Assembly (NCBI GenBank): GCA_965197925.1
Contig: CBDAOC010000019.1
Location: 320,001 to 384,000 of the forward strand
Direction: 5' to 3'
Length of the DNA: 64,000 nt
Origin: Nitrososphaerales archaeon
GTDB taxonomy: Archaea; Thermoproteota; Nitrososphaeria; Nitrososphaerales; UBA213
Of the stretch, positions 44,278 through 55,773 are shown one piece after another. Under the pieces are notes generated by a model. The model searched no databases. It was given only the letters and a program-made list of their open reading frames with translations, and was not told where the DNA came from. The position numbers and the translations under genes are program-made. Numbering within the stretch: the first letter of the stretch is position 1; each line of letters begins with the position of its first letter.

Positions 44278-44867
44278 CTTGACCTAATTAAAATAGCAGG
44301 GAATAAAAAGGTTAATCGATTATTATTCGTGATTTTGACTAAGTTTTTTTGGATTTATTACAAGTTTGTTGGAATTTGTAAAGTCGTACGGGTCCATACT
44401 TATTCAAATTCATTACCGAGTTTATAATCAAGATAAAAACTCATTCGTTCATAATGCCCAATCTTATTACTGCTTTTTATAGTCTTGGTTTGATGGAAAA
44501 AGAATAATGCTAATGCGTCTTGCATTAACACATGCTCAGGCTACTCTTGTCCCTCTTCCTTGATGAGTCCATCTCTGCCTCCCTGCTCAGGGATGCAAGA
44601 TAGTATAACGGCATCATCTGTCAAATTTGCTATTCAAAGTAGGTGATGAGATATGGTAAGTATAAGAATGTGTTTCAATGATACTTCAATGAATGTATGC
44701 TTACATTCATTCACTTTGCATTTGTTTATTGATTACGTTTTTTGATTATAATGCCTTCACTAGATTAGATTTGTAATGACCACGCATTTATAAATGCAAA
44801 TTTTTATCTGCAAAAAATGCTCATCCACTCCAATGCCTTTAAATTGATGCCAAAGGAAGGGGGTTTC

Positions 44868-45137
44868 ATGGAGTATCTTGTGAGAGTAATTGTGAAAAAT
44901 AAACCCTACATAAATGATCCTAAAGGAGAGACTATTCTAAAGGACCTTATTGCTAAAAAGGGTTATGCGTCAGTTAAATCAGTTAGAACAGCAGAGATAC
45001 TAGATATTATGATAGAAGCCAAGGCTCGTCAGGAAGCGAAGAATACTGTACAAGAAATATGTGATGAATTACGTATTTACAATCCCGTCGTAAGTGCATG
45101 TAATGTTGAAGTTATTGACAGGGATCAGGTAAAGTAA
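44868..45137 (+). CDS. purS: Phosphoribosylformylglycinamidine synthase PurS
   Basis: NKPYINDP.GETI...LRIYNPVV; upstream of purQL. Confidence 0.9.
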   Translation: MEYLVRVIVKNKPYINDPKGETILKDLIAKKGYASVKSVRTAEILDIMIEAKARQEAKNTVQEICDELRIYNPVVSACNVEVIDRDQVK

Positions 45138-45247
45138 TGCTTCAAATTTATGGGTCGTAAAGAGTCTTAGTAGCACAACCTTCTATGCAAAATTTGACAG
45201 TTGATGCATAGGTATTTATAATAAAATCCCACCTTTTGGGATAAAGC

Positions 45248-45931
45248 ATGAAAATAGGGATAGTTGTGTTCCCTGGCAGTAATTGCGATAAAGATGTCCA
45301 TTTTGTGCTCCGCAAAGTTCTTCATACGAGTAGTGGATACATATGGCATACTTGTGATAACTTGGAGGGATATGACGCTATCATATTACCAGGTGGATTT
45401 ACCTATGGAGATAGGCTGAGGGCTGGGGTTATAGCAGCCTTTAGTCCGGTTATGAAGGAGGTAAAAAAGCTGGCACGCGAGGGGAAGCCTGTTCTGGGAA
45501 TATGTAACGGTTTTCAAGTTCTGGTAGAATCTGGGTTATTGCCAGGAGCATTGATGAAGAATGATTCGATGAAATTTGTCTGCAAGTGGACTAACGTTAC
45601 TGTTCAAAGCAACAGAACTCCATTCACATATTCATTTAAACCAGGGCAGCAGATTAGAATACCTGTAGCAAACCAAGAAGGAAGATATATTGTTGATTCT
45701 AAAATGCTGGATATCCTAGAAAATAATAATCAAGTAGTTTTCAAGTATTACAATGGCGATCCTAGTGGTTCTACTAATAGTATTGCAGGTATAAGTAATG
45801 AAGAAGGTAATGTTGTTGGCATGATGCCACATCCGGAGCGTGCAAGTATGCGCATCCTAAATCCATATGGATCTGATGATGCATTATTGATCTTCAAATC
45901 ATTACTACATTATAAGGATGAACAAAAATGA
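45248..45931 (+). CDS. purQ: FGAM synthase glutaminase subunit
   Basis: FPGSNCD, GICNGFQ, GMMPHPER. Confidence 0.96.
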   Translation: MKIGIVVFPGSNCDKDVHFVLRKVLHTSSGYIWHTCDNLEGYDAIILPGGFTYGDRLRAGVIAAFSPVMKEVKKLAREGKPVLGICNGFQVLVESGLLPGALMKNDSMKFVCKWTNVTVQSNRTPFTYSFKPGQQIRIPVANQEGRYIVDSKMLDILENNNQVVFKYYNGDPSGSTNSIAGISNEEGNVVGMMPHPERASMRILNPYGSDDALLIFKSLLHYKDEQK

Positions 45932-48096
45932 GTCTAACTCAAGAAGAACATGTTTATCTCAGGAATCAGTTAAAGAGAGAACCTAATGATGTTGAGCTTA
46001 ATTTAGTATCTGCAGAATGGTCAGAACATTGTTCTTACAAGTCTTCAAAACCCTTCCTGAAAATGTTGAGTGGGGAGGGTAAGCGTGTTATCATTGGTCC
46101 AGGATATGATGCTGGTGTTTTGGACATAGGTGATGATCTCGTTATAACTGTGCATATTGAAAGTCACAACCACCCATCGGCAGTAGAACCATATGGTGGA
46201 GCTGCTACTGGTGTAGGTGGTGTAATAAGAGATATTATTAGCATGGGTACAAGGCCTATAGCAATTTTTGATGCTCTTCGATTCGATGACATAACGAAGA
46301 GCAAGCAAGCCAGATGGCTCTTCAAAAATGTGGTTAGAGGTATTTCCGATTATGGTAATTGTTTAGGAATACCTACCGTTGCTGGAGATGTCGAATTTGA
46401 TAATTCTTTAGAGGATTATTGTTTGGTAGATGTTGCCAGCATAGGTATTGGAAAGAAGGAGAGTATTCTAACTCCGCAAGCAGACATTGAAGATTATGTT
46501 GTCCTTGCTGGTGGCTCTACTGGTAGGGATGGAATTCATGGTGCGGCCTTTGCGTCTAAAGCCTTAGAATGCGAGAACCGATCTGCTGTTCAAATACCAG
46601 ATCCTTTTTTAGAAAAATTACTTATTGAAGCAACTATGGAGGCAATAGACGCTAAATGTGTGAAAGTTATCAAAGATCTTGGTGGTGGAGGATTATCATG
46701 TTGTCTTTCAGAAACATCTGATAGAATAGGTAAAGGAATTGAAATTGACCTATCAAAGTTACATGTTAGGGAAAAGGGGATGACTCCGTCAGAATTGATG
46801 ATATCAGAATCACAAGAAAGGATTCTCTACGTTGTTGATGAGCCAAATTTGAATAATTTGGTCTCTATATTTGATAAATATGAGATCAATTATTCAATAA
46901 TAGGTAGGGTAAAAAATAATAAAAATTTGGTTATTAGATATGATAACGACGTTTTAGCTGATATTCCTGCATCCTTGGTCGCTAATGCTCCGTTGGCCAA
47001 CAGAATTTCTAGGAAACCGGCAAGTGTAGGACAACTTAAAGTAAAGAAACCTGACATACCTGCAGATTTAGGCATAGTTTTATTGGATTTATTGTCCAAT
47101 CCCACCATAGCTAGTAAACAGTGGATCTATCGACAATATGATCATGAGGTGGGGCTTAGAACTGTGGTCAAGCCGGGGTGTGGTGATGCAGCGGTATTAC
47201 GTCTTGATAATGGGAGGTTCCTTGCCTTCAAATTGGATGGTAATTCTAAACAATGCCAGATAGATCCCTACTATGGTTCGATGGGTAGTTTTGCTGAAGC
47301 TTGTAGGAACGTAATTGCTGTGGGTGGAGAACCCATTGGTATGGTAGATCATCTACAGTTTGGCAGTCCTGAAGATCCAGAAATATTCTGGGCTTTTACT
47401 GAATCAGTAAGAGGTATATCCACTTACGGTAAGGCAATGAATATTCCATGTGTAGGTGGTAAGGTGAGCTTTTACAATGAGAGTGATAGTGGTCCGATTA
47501 AACCATCCCCGGTGATCGGCGTAGTAGGTCTGATCGATAATGCAGCACAGATACGAACCTCGTGTGTAATGGAAAATGATCTCATGATGATGATTGGATT
47601 TACCAAGGATGAAATGGGCGGTTCAGAGTACCATGAATTTATTCACAACATAGTTGGTGGCAATGTACCAAAATGCGATCCATCTAATGATCATAAAATA
47701 ATGCAAACAATGCTAAACCTGATCAGAAATGATCTTATATGTTCGGTACACGACTGTTCCAAGGGTGGGTTAGCGGTTGCAGTTTGTGAAATGTGTATAT
47801 CTAGTAATACTGGCATCGAAGTAGGTTTGACCAATATCCCAAATGAATGTTCTAGGATCGATGATCTACTGTTCTCAGAATCACATTCTAGATTTTTAGT
47901 ATCAGTTCAGGACAGCAAACTTTCTAGTGTTAGAGATATCTTGGAGACCAGCAATATACAACATAGTGTGCTGGGGAAAGTGACAGGTAATTCTATACGG
48001 TTCGTGCAAGGCAGCAACAATATCTTAGATGTAAGCCTTGACAAAGCTGCAGATGTTTGGACAAGAACCATAAGGGATGTTATCGAAAATGGTTAG
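45928..48096 (+). CDS. purL: FGAM synthase subunit PurL
   Basis: WSEHCSYKSS, ESHNHPS, SESQER. Confidence 0.97.
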   Translation: MSLTQEEHVYLRNQLKREPNDVELNLVSAEWSEHCSYKSSKPFLKMLSGEGKRVIIGPGYDAGVLDIGDDLVITVHIESHNHPSAVEPYGGAATGVGGVIRDIISMGTRPIAIFDALRFDDITKSKQARWLFKNVVRGISDYGNCLGIPTVAGDVEFDNSLEDYCLVDVASIGIGKKESILTPQADIEDYVVLAGGSTGRDGIHGAAFASKALECENRSAVQIPDPFLEKLLIEATMEAIDAKCVKVIKDLGGGGLSCCLSETSDRIGKGIEIDLSKLHVREKGMTPSELMISESQERILYVVDEPNLNNLVSIFDKYEINYSIIGRVKNNKNLVIRYDNDVLADIPASLVANAPLANRISRKPASVGQLKVKKPDIPADLGIVLLDLLSNPTIASKQWIYRQYDHEVGLRTVVKPGCGDAAVLRLDNGRFLAFKLDGNSKQCQIDPYYGSMGSFAEACRNVIAVGGEPIGMVDHLQFGSPEDPEIFWAFTESVRGISTYGKAMNIPCVGGKVSFYNESDSGPIKPSPVIGVVGLIDNAAQIRTSCVMENDLMMMIGFTKDEMGGSEYHEFIHNIVGGNVPKCDPSNDHKIMQTMLNLIRNDLICSVHDCSKGGLAVAVCEMCISSNTGIEVGLTNIPNECSRIDDLLFSESHSRFLVSVQDSKLSSVRDILETSNIQHSVLGKVTGNSIRFVQGSNNILDVSLDKAADVWTRTIRDVIENG

Positions 48097-49519
48097 AGAG
48101 AATTGCGGTGTGGTTGCAATCTACTCATTGGATGACAAAAATATCATCTCTGTACTAATAGATTCATTGAGAGCGCTACAACATAGGGGTCAAGAGGCCT
48201 GGGGTATTGCAATTCCCAAAAGAATGCCATATAAAGAAATTGGTCTTGTCTCTGATGCCGCCAGTAAGTTCAACGTTCTGGAAGAAAAATATGCATCGCA
48301 AGCAGCTATAGGACATGTTAGATATTCTACCGTAGGCAAGAGTAACCTGGAAAATGCTCAGCCGCTCAGGGTTAAAGATTTATGTGTCGCTCATAACGGA
48401 ACCATCGCAAATATTGATGAGTTATCTAATATGGTTGGAGGCTGCACTTTCACTCCTCAGACTATAAATGATACTTTGGTGGCTGCAAAAAGAATTGTCT
48501 CTTTGTTATCTGATAAGGGTAACATGGGTGAGGCGTTAGGCATCTTAAAAGGTGAAATGATCGGTTCTTTCTGTTTCACATTTGTAACCGATCATGGGTA
48601 CGTCTTTGCAGCAAGGGATCCAAAAGGCTTTAGACCTATGGTGCTAGGGTACCATAAAACAACCAACTCCTATATCGTGGCATCGGAATCATGCGCATTA
48701 TCCGCTATAGGGGCTGACTTGAGAAGAGATGTGGAACCTGGAGAGCTCATAAAATTGAGTGAAAGAGGGTTGGAAAGTGAAATTTTTGCCACAGAAAAAC
48801 CGCATGCTCACTGCGCCTTTGAATACACTTACTTTTCGCATCCTACAAGCATAATGGAGGGTATTAACATTTACCTTACAAGGAAAAGAATAGGCAAGGC
48901 TCTTGCAAAGAAATTTGCGCTGTCAGACGCTGATGTAGTTATTCCTGTTCCTGACTCTGCTCGACCAGCTGCTCTTGGCTATGCAGAAGCATTAGGCATT
49001 CCCTTTGAGGAGGGATTATTAAAAGACAGATACAGTAGAAAAGGACCCTTCAGGAGCTTCATTGAGCCATACCACAGTGATAGAATAGAGATAACAAGAT
49101 GGATCACACCGATACGAGAAGTTATTCAAAATAAACATGTTGTTGTAGTAGATGATAGTATCGTGAGAGGCACAAGTTCATCTGCTATAGTTAAAGTATT
49201 GAAACTTGCGGGTGCTCATAAAGTAAGTATGGTAATTTCTTACCCTCCTATCACACATCCATGCTACGCAGGTATAGATTTTCCATCAAAGGAAGAACTA
49301 TTAGTACACAGAATTAACGCTAATGGTGACGAAAATGTTGGAAAACTAGTTGCCAAATCTATGGGCGCCGATTTCGTTGGTTATAACGACATCGATAATC
49401 TTGCTTCTGCAATAGGTTTGCCAAAAGAGGAATTATGTTTCACATGCTCTACGGGTAATTATTCCAACCTCGGCATACAACCGGTTTTCAAGACTAGGGC
49501 CCAAATGAAGGGTGAATAG
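48089..49519 (+). CDS. purF: Amidophosphoribosyltransferase
   Basis: ENCG, LQHRGQE, GHVRYST, VDDSIVRGT. Confidence 0.96.
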   Translation: MVRENCGVVAIYSLDDKNIISVLIDSLRALQHRGQEAWGIAIPKRMPYKEIGLVSDAASKFNVLEEKYASQAAIGHVRYSTVGKSNLENAQPLRVKDLCVAHNGTIANIDELSNMVGGCTFTPQTINDTLVAAKRIVSLLSDKGNMGEALGILKGEMIGSFCFTFVTDHGYVFAARDPKGFRPMVLGYHKTTNSYIVASESCALSAIGADLRRDVEPGELIKLSERGLESEIFATEKPHAHCAFEYTYFSHPTSIMEGINIYLTRKRIGKALAKKFALSDADVVIPVPDSARPAALGYAEALGIPFEEGLLKDRYSRKGPFRSFIEPYHSDRIEITRWITPIREVIQNKHVVVVDDSIVRGTSSSAIVKVLKLAGAHKVSMVISYPPITHPCYAGIDFPSKEELLVHRINANGDENVGKLVAKSMGADFVGYNDIDNLASAIGLPKEELCFTCSTGNYSNLGIQPVFKTRAQMKGE

Positions 49520-49791
49520 AAAACAATTCTCTCATTAGTTCCTTCAATCCCAACTGCAGCTAGTTAATCATCTCTGTATACTCAATAGTAGGCTATAGTA
49601 TGAAAACATTTTACTCCAGATCAACTTTTTGTTACTATATCTTTAATAATGGAATTAAATATCTCATCGTGTATTATGTATTGTTACAATGGTACTAATT
49701 TCATAGTAATATAGAAAATATTTTGCGATAGGACAATAAAATACAACATAAGTAGTCTTAAATGTAGATTTAGCCGCAAAGCTGATAATAA

Positions 49792-50391
49792 ATGTCGGTG
49801 CTATTCAATAAAGATGCAAAAATTACTCATGTTATAACCACCAGTGTTGATAAATCAAGAGGATTGGGTGATGAGGGACGTGCGGCGATCCTTGCAATCT
49901 TATCACATAAAGTATTGTCAGCTGAAAATATCGTAAAGGAACTTAAAAAGGCAGGTTTTGAGAAAGCTACAACTACAGTTAGACATCATCTTGATGTGCT
50001 GAAGGACTCTGGTCTGATTGAGATTGTAAGGATACAGGAGGTAAGAGGGGCTGTACTTAAGTATTATGCAGCGACTACGAAATTTCTTGGGTTTGAAAAT
50101 TCGTTCGATCCAGACCAGTACAATAAGGCAATTAATCAAACAGCAACAAAATTACTTAAGATTGCCGGGTTTATAGTTAACAGATATGGAACAATTATAG
50201 AGAATGCTGGAAGCTCAACATGTCCTTACTGTAGTATGCAGCATAGCAAGGAATATACCGTGATAGAGATCATGAATAGAGGTCTGGCTGAAATGAATCA
50301 GAAAAATGAATTTGTTGATTTGATGACAAAACTGAGCAAAAAGGAAAAGGTCATAAAGTCCTCAAAACAAAGACGGCTTGATTTTCATTAA
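49792..50391 (+). CDS. ArsR-family winged-helix transcription regulator
   Basis: TTVRHHLDVLKDSGLIE; CPYC motif. Confidence 0.85.
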   Translation: MSVLFNKDAKITHVITTSVDKSRGLGDEGRAAILAILSHKVLSAENIVKELKKAGFEKATTTVRHHLDVLKDSGLIEIVRIQEVRGAVLKYYAATTKFLGFENSFDPDQYNKAINQTATKLLKIAGFIVNRYGTIIENAGSSTCPYCSMQHSKEYTVIEIMNRGLAEMNQKNEFVDLMTKLSKKEKVIKSSKQRRLDFH

Positions 50392-50525
50392 TAGCAGTTA
50401 TCAGAAATAGGCAATATTTATACAAGGTTATTTTGGCGTAGAGTTTTTGCTCGTTGAGAGGGAAAAATCACAATCTAGGATCAAGTATACTTGTATTGAA
50501 ATGTTTCTTGTGGATTGGAATACCA

Positions 50526-50942
50526 CTATTCAATATTTATTCGCAAGATCGCTTTTGTATCGGGTTCCCTGAGCAGTTTAACCACAAATCTTGGTATGTC
50601 GCTGGATGCGTTATTACTCCTTATAGCCATCGTTCTGGGACAAACGAACGTACTCTTCCTTATAACAATATCCTCTCGATTGTCAAGGATAAGTGCAGAA
50701 CTACCATTTCCATTGAAATCGTAAACATATTCTCCAACAATTAAAGACATATGTACGTAGGTGAACTCATCCCTCAATCTTTGTTTGAGGGTATCCGAGA
50801 GGTCTATGCATGCCTTGCTTGCTTTCACACCTACTATGCAGTCACCTCGTAAAGTGATCTCTTTTGCTTTGGTTAACTCGATTGTCCTTTCATGTGTTGC
50901 TCTAATATTTGGATGTCCATAGAAAAATATGTCCTCCTCCAC
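50526..50942 (-). CDS. DUF371 domain protein
   Basis: GHPNIRATH.RTIE.TK...RGDCI.GV.A; IVIRKS.F. Confidence 0.9.
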   Translation of the reverse strand: MEEDIFFYGHPNIRATHERTIELTKAKEITLRGDCIVGVKASKACIDLSDTLKQRLRDEFTYVHMSLIVGEYVYDFNGNGSSALILDNREDIVIRKSTFVCPRTMAIRSNNASSDIPRFVVKLLREPDTKAILRINIE

Positions 50943-50999
50943 ACCGTCTTATCAAAATAAGAAACTTTTAAATGACACCTTAAAATGAATTATTTTGAT

Positions 51000-51725
51000 T
51001 TGTTACCAGCAGCGGCAGGTTATGATAGAGCAACGACCATGTTTTCTCCCGATGGGAGGTTATATCAGGTCGAATATGCTATTGAAACAGTAAGGAGAGG
51101 GACGTTAGCCGTAGGATTAAAGAGCAAAGATGCAGTCATTATAGCCGTTGAAGAAAAGGCAAGAAAATTACAGAGTACTGCTTTAACTCAAAAGATCTTT
51201 CAAATAGATGATCATATTGGAGTAGCAGCGGCTGGTTACATACCGGATGCTAGAATACAAGTGGACCATGCAAGATTTGCAGCTCAAAGCAATCGTTTGA
51301 TTTATGATGAGTCCATTGATGTAGAAGGTATAGCAAAAGGGCTTGCAGACCTAGCACAACAGTTTACTCAGTATGCAGGGGTAAGGCCATTTGGTGTTGC
51401 TCTCATAATTGCAGGTGTAGACAAGAGTGGATCTAATATTTACTTCACAGACCCAAGTGGAACTTATATAGGATTTGATGCGGTCGCTATAGGGGGCGGA
51501 CATGATCAAGTTACTGAATTTCTAGAGCAACATTATAACAGAGAGATTTCACTGGAAGATGCTTTTGTTTTGGCAGCTGAATCCATATATCTCGTAAGTG
51601 AAGATAAGGTAGGAACCGACCACATTAAGATAGCTGTGATAGATAGCAAGGAGAAACGAATGTTTAGGCTGACAGATGAAGAGGTAGAAAAATATGCTAA
51701 AAAGGCCCAAGAGATGAAGGAGTAA
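51000..51725 (+). CDS. psmA: Proteasome alpha subunit
   Basis: GYDRA.TMFSPDGRLYQVEYA; VRPFGVAL. Confidence 0.97.
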   Translation: MLPAAAGYDRATTMFSPDGRLYQVEYAIETVRRGTLAVGLKSKDAVIIAVEEKARKLQSTALTQKIFQIDDHIGVAAAGYIPDARIQVDHARFAAQSNRLIYDESIDVEGIAKGLADLAQQFTQYAGVRPFGVALIIAGVDKSGSNIYFTDPSGTYIGFDAVAIGGGHDQVTEFLEQHYNREISLEDAFVLAAESIYLVSEDKVGTDHIKIAVIDSKEKRMFRLTDEEVEKYAKKAQEMKE

Positions 51726-51761
51726 GATGAATTAAGCAAAGTCCAATAATTCTTTTTTTAA

Positions 51762-51785
51762 CTTTCTAAATTCGAATTTTGAAAG
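51762..51785. promoter_or_regulatory. Palindromic motif CTTTCTAAATTCGAATTTTGAAAG (recurs at 62526 and 63362)
   Basis: Direct reading of three related copies. Confidence 0.45.
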
Positions 51786-52277
51786 ATATTTTCTTTATAG
51801 TTGAAGGTAATTGCTTAACTCTTACACATACAACATTTCATTCATTTGAATCTCATCCCCTGCCAACGTACATATTGTTGACAAGTATCTATTGTAATGC
51901 TATAGGCTTAGAGTCTCCTACATTTATCTATTGATCATTAATTTCTAAGCGACACCTTGAATTCACACATTCATATTTCTTAGAATTTCTTTACAATCGT
52001 TATTGGGTTCAATTTTCATACTTTTATTCATCTATTTGTCATATTAAACTGTAAAACCAATTTCCTATACTGGTGATATAATGCCTGCTACTTCTTCCGG
52101 GTAATGATTATCATTACCTTGATTAGATATTGTTTTCCTAACTAATTTGGCCAGGAAGTAATATACTCCAGATAAAAAATATTAGTTACATGCTCCAATT
52201 TAGAATCCCTGTAACTACCAGCAGATGATGGTTCACTTGTAACAATTAATTCCCCAGTGTAGGCCATTGTGGACTAA

Positions 52278-53324
52278 GAGCCTATCCTAAAATTCTATCT
52301 GATTGTTAACGATTGGTAGAAATGATAACATTTAGAATGCAAGAATATTAGTTCATAATATCAGGTTTAGTTTTCTTACTATTGATTTTATTAGTATTGT
52401 AGATAGTAGATACTAGAAACAGTTGCATTAACGTGTTTATGACACTACCAATATATCGCTCTGTATATTATTAGGGAGTTAGCAAATTCTACTAGCGCCT
52501 GATAATTTTCCTTCTTCTTCTCGAACCTTACCAATAACTTTCTGAACCTGTTATGCCAAGATGCGGTTCTTTCTACAACCCATCTCTTTGCTTTGTACAA
52601 ATTCTTTTTCAATACTTCACCCTTATGACGAATGTGATCCACATATCCCCTTCTCCTAACTCCATACTCTATCTCAGGGAAATCGTATCCTATTCATGCA
52701 TATGTTCTGTTTAACTTTGGGCCTATCAACAACAATGCTATCTATTGTAGGAAAGGCTGATTTCATATCGTGTTTATTTGCTCCAGTAATTACAGATGAG
52801 AGAGGAATACCTCTTCTATCAACCAGCATGTGACGTTTGGTACCTAGCTTGCCTCTATCCGTTGGGTTTGCTCCGGTCGTTTTCCCCCTAATGGGGCCTT
52901 CACAGTAACGCTATCCATGGATTGCCAGTCCCATCCTATACCCTTCAATTCATCATATATTTCCAGCAGCCTCTTCCATACCTTCTTGAATACTCCTATC
53001 CCAATCCATTCCTGAAATCTTGCGTGGCAAGTTGAGCCAGAACCAAATTCTTTCGATACCTTCTTCCACTGGCATCCAGTTCTTAACACATACAGTATTC
53101 CATTCAATACTTTTCTAAATGGCACAGCCTGTCTTCCAACTGTTCTTGCTGGTTTCCCTGGCGGCAGCACTAGTTTGAACTCTACCCATAGATTGTCTGG
53201 TATATGCCATATGGTCGGCATGCTCTTTTTCTTTGATTTTCTCACAAATTTAGCTAGAGAGGACAGATCTAGATCTGTTTCGGTATAAACAATTAGGCTA
53301 TGATGTTAATTTTAGGATAAGCTC
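52278..53324 (-). mobile_element. IS5 family C copy 3
   Basis: Both TIRs, TAA target duplication, orfA 52844-53245, broken orfB. Confidence 0.94.
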
Positions 53325-53362
53325 TAACTTCAATCTTTTAATATCAATACGTTAAAAAATGA

Positions 53363-54199
53363 ATGACCTTGGATTTTTTTGCTGCCATACCAGATTCTGC
53401 ATTGTCAGACGAACAGACAATAAGGGATAAAAGCATTAAGATTGCTCAGTTTGCAAGAGCTTTTTCAATTTTCAGAATACGAAAGATTTACATCTACTGG
53501 GATAGGGCAGGCAATTATAGTAAAGATAGAAAGTTACTGAAACTTATTTTAGAATTTCTTGATACACCTCCATATCTTAGGAAGAGTCTATATCCTATGA
53601 GAGCAGAACTCCAATTTGTAGGATTGTTACACCCCTTAAAAGCACCGCATCATAAGCCACAAGTGGATCCAGTAAAGATCAGAGTGGGAGATATAAGACA
53701 GGCAATTGTAGTAAATGAGCAGGGAAGACACTTTGCTAATGCTGGTTTAAGCTGCCTAATCCCCATAGAGGGAGATATACCAAAAGACAAGCGAATTACT
53801 ATAAAATTCATATCAGAACATCCAAAATTAAGGTGCAAAGTAATCAAGTGGGCAGAAGCTGATGATTATTGGGGTTATCAAGTAAAGGAAGTAAGAAGCC
53901 TGGTAAATCTTTTGGGAGATGATTCAAAACTAGTTGTACTTGCATCAAGAGAAGGTGTACCTTTAGGACAACTAGAACGGGAACTTGGGAAGAGACTAAA
54001 GAATGCAGAAAATATGTTGGTTGTTTTTGGTTCACCAAGCCGTGGACTTGCAGAAATACTAAAAGATGGGAGAAACCAACCAAGTGAGTTTACAAAGTAT
54101 TTTCTTAACTTCTTTCCAAGACAAGCTACTGAAACTGTGAGACTAGAGGAAGCAGTTATGGGTTGTCTGGCAATTATGAATTATCTTACACATAGATGA
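53363..54199 (+). CDS. SPOUT RNA methyltransferase (DUF171/SPOUT1 family)
   Basis: TPPYLRK, YWGY, VVFGSP.RG, Q.TETVRLEEA. Confidence 0.92.
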   Translation: MTLDFFAAIPDSALSDEQTIRDKSIKIAQFARAFSIFRIRKIYIYWDRAGNYSKDRKLLKLILEFLDTPPYLRKSLYPMRAELQFVGLLHPLKAPHHKPQVDPVKIRVGDIRQAIVVNEQGRHFANAGLSCLIPIEGDIPKDKRITIKFISEHPKLRCKVIKWAEADDYWGYQVKEVRSLVNLLGDDSKLVVLASREGVPLGQLERELGKRLKNAENMLVVFGSPSRGLAEILKDGRNQPSEFTKYFLNFFPRQATETVRLEEAVMGCLAIMNYLTHR

Positions 54200-54774
54200 A
54201 TAGATCTAGATATTCATAAAAATGAGATAATCATAGATTGGAATTGATTTGGAGAATATTAACATTCTTTCTGGTTAAGAAGTCTTGATCAAATGTGAGT
54301 GAATCAGGTTATTAGATCATTATTTTCATTCTGAACGTAACCTCTTACAGATGTAGAGAGGTATATCCCAGTTTTATTATGGTAGCACATTAAGTCTTAT
54401 TGTCTACGAAATACGTTTCTAGGGATATTTTTTCAACTACACCAGATCAGGTTAGCAAGTCTTATCAGGTAGTGACAAGCTCGTTGTCAATATATAATCA
54501 AACAAGTTAAAAGATACTCCGTATTCGTATTTTTTCTCTCATAAGAACATCTGATGACAAAAATGGGGAGCGCCAATTAACAATCTCATTAATTTAAAAG
54601 TTTGGGAGTATTTTTTTTAAGATTTCATTTTTGACAACATATTTCTTTCGATGAGTTTGAATTCAACTATAAATCTATGTACAAAAATCTTATGATTGGC
54701 GTTGTTAGGAGGAACTAAATAACTACCTTATTCCAGGTTATAAATTTATAATGGGATATGTATAAACGCGTACA

Positions 54775-55773
54775 ATGGGTCATAGAAAACATAGTACGCC
54801 TAGAAGAGGTAGTTTAGCATATCTGCCGAGGGGTAGAGCTAGAAGCTTTGAATCACGCATAAGGACATGGCCTGACTATAATGGGGAAAAACCAGTTCTC
54901 TTAGGGTCTGTCGGATTCAAGGCCGCAAATATTCACGTTATTACAATTGATGATAAAGAAAAAACCCCAAACTTTGGCAAACCTCTTTTTAACTCTGCTA
55001 CAATCATTTCAACTCCACCAATTAGGGTCATTGGGTTTCGTGGTTATGAAAAAACTCCATATGGTCATAATTCCGTCTTTGATGTTTTTGCTTCAGATCT
55101 TCCTAAAGAGCTGGTTCGCAAGATACGAACCAAAAATGTTCCATTAGAAATAGCCTTGAACAAGGCTCAAGATAAAATGGCCATAACCACTGTATTGATG
55201 GCCATTGTTGCAGTGATACCAAGAAACGCAGGTTTAGCCCAAAAGAGACCGTTTGTTTTTGAGCTAGGAGTGGCTGGTGGTGACATAAAAACACAATTTG
55301 AGTATTTAAATGACTTGTTGGGAAAAGATGTTAAGTTCAAGGATTTGTTCCAAGTAGGTTCGTATGTTGATACAAGTGGGATCACAAAAGGGAAAGGTAT
55401 CGAAGGACCAGTTACGAGATGGGGTGTAAAGAAAAAACAGCATAAATCCCGAAAAAGCGTAAGAGCAGTTGCTACCCTAGGACCTATCAGTCCAGCATCT
55501 GTAATGTACACCGTCCCGCGGGCAGGGCAAAGAGGATTACATCAAAGGTTAGAGTACAACAAGAGAATATTGATAATTGGTAACACTATGGAGAAAGACC
55601 AAGAATTAGTACCTTCCGGTGGTTTTGATCACTTTGGTGATGTAAATGGCGATTACGTTGTGATCAAGGGTTCCGTGCCGGGAACGATGAAGAGAATGGT
55701 CAAGATTCGTTACCCTATCAGGGCAAGGACTTCAAAAGTTTTAGAACCAAAAATAATAGAGGTTGTTGTATGA
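54775..55773 (+). CDS. rpl3: 50S ribosomal protein L3
   Basis: PRRGSLAYLPRGRA; TKGKG..GPV.RWG. Confidence 0.97.
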   Translation: MGHRKHSTPRRGSLAYLPRGRARSFESRIRTWPDYNGEKPVLLGSVGFKAANIHVITIDDKEKTPNFGKPLFNSATIISTPPIRVIGFRGYEKTPYGHNSVFDVFASDLPKELVRKIRTKNVPLEIALNKAQDKMAITTVLMAIVAVIPRNAGLAQKRPFVFELGVAGGDIKTQFEYLNDLLGKDVKFKDLFQVGSYVDTSGITKGKGIEGPVTRWGVKKKQHKSRKSVRAVATLGPISPASVMYTVPRAGQRGLHQRLEYNKRILIIGNTMEKDQELVPSGGFDHFGDVNGDYVVIKGSVPGTMKRMVKIRYPIRARTSKVLEPKIIEVVV

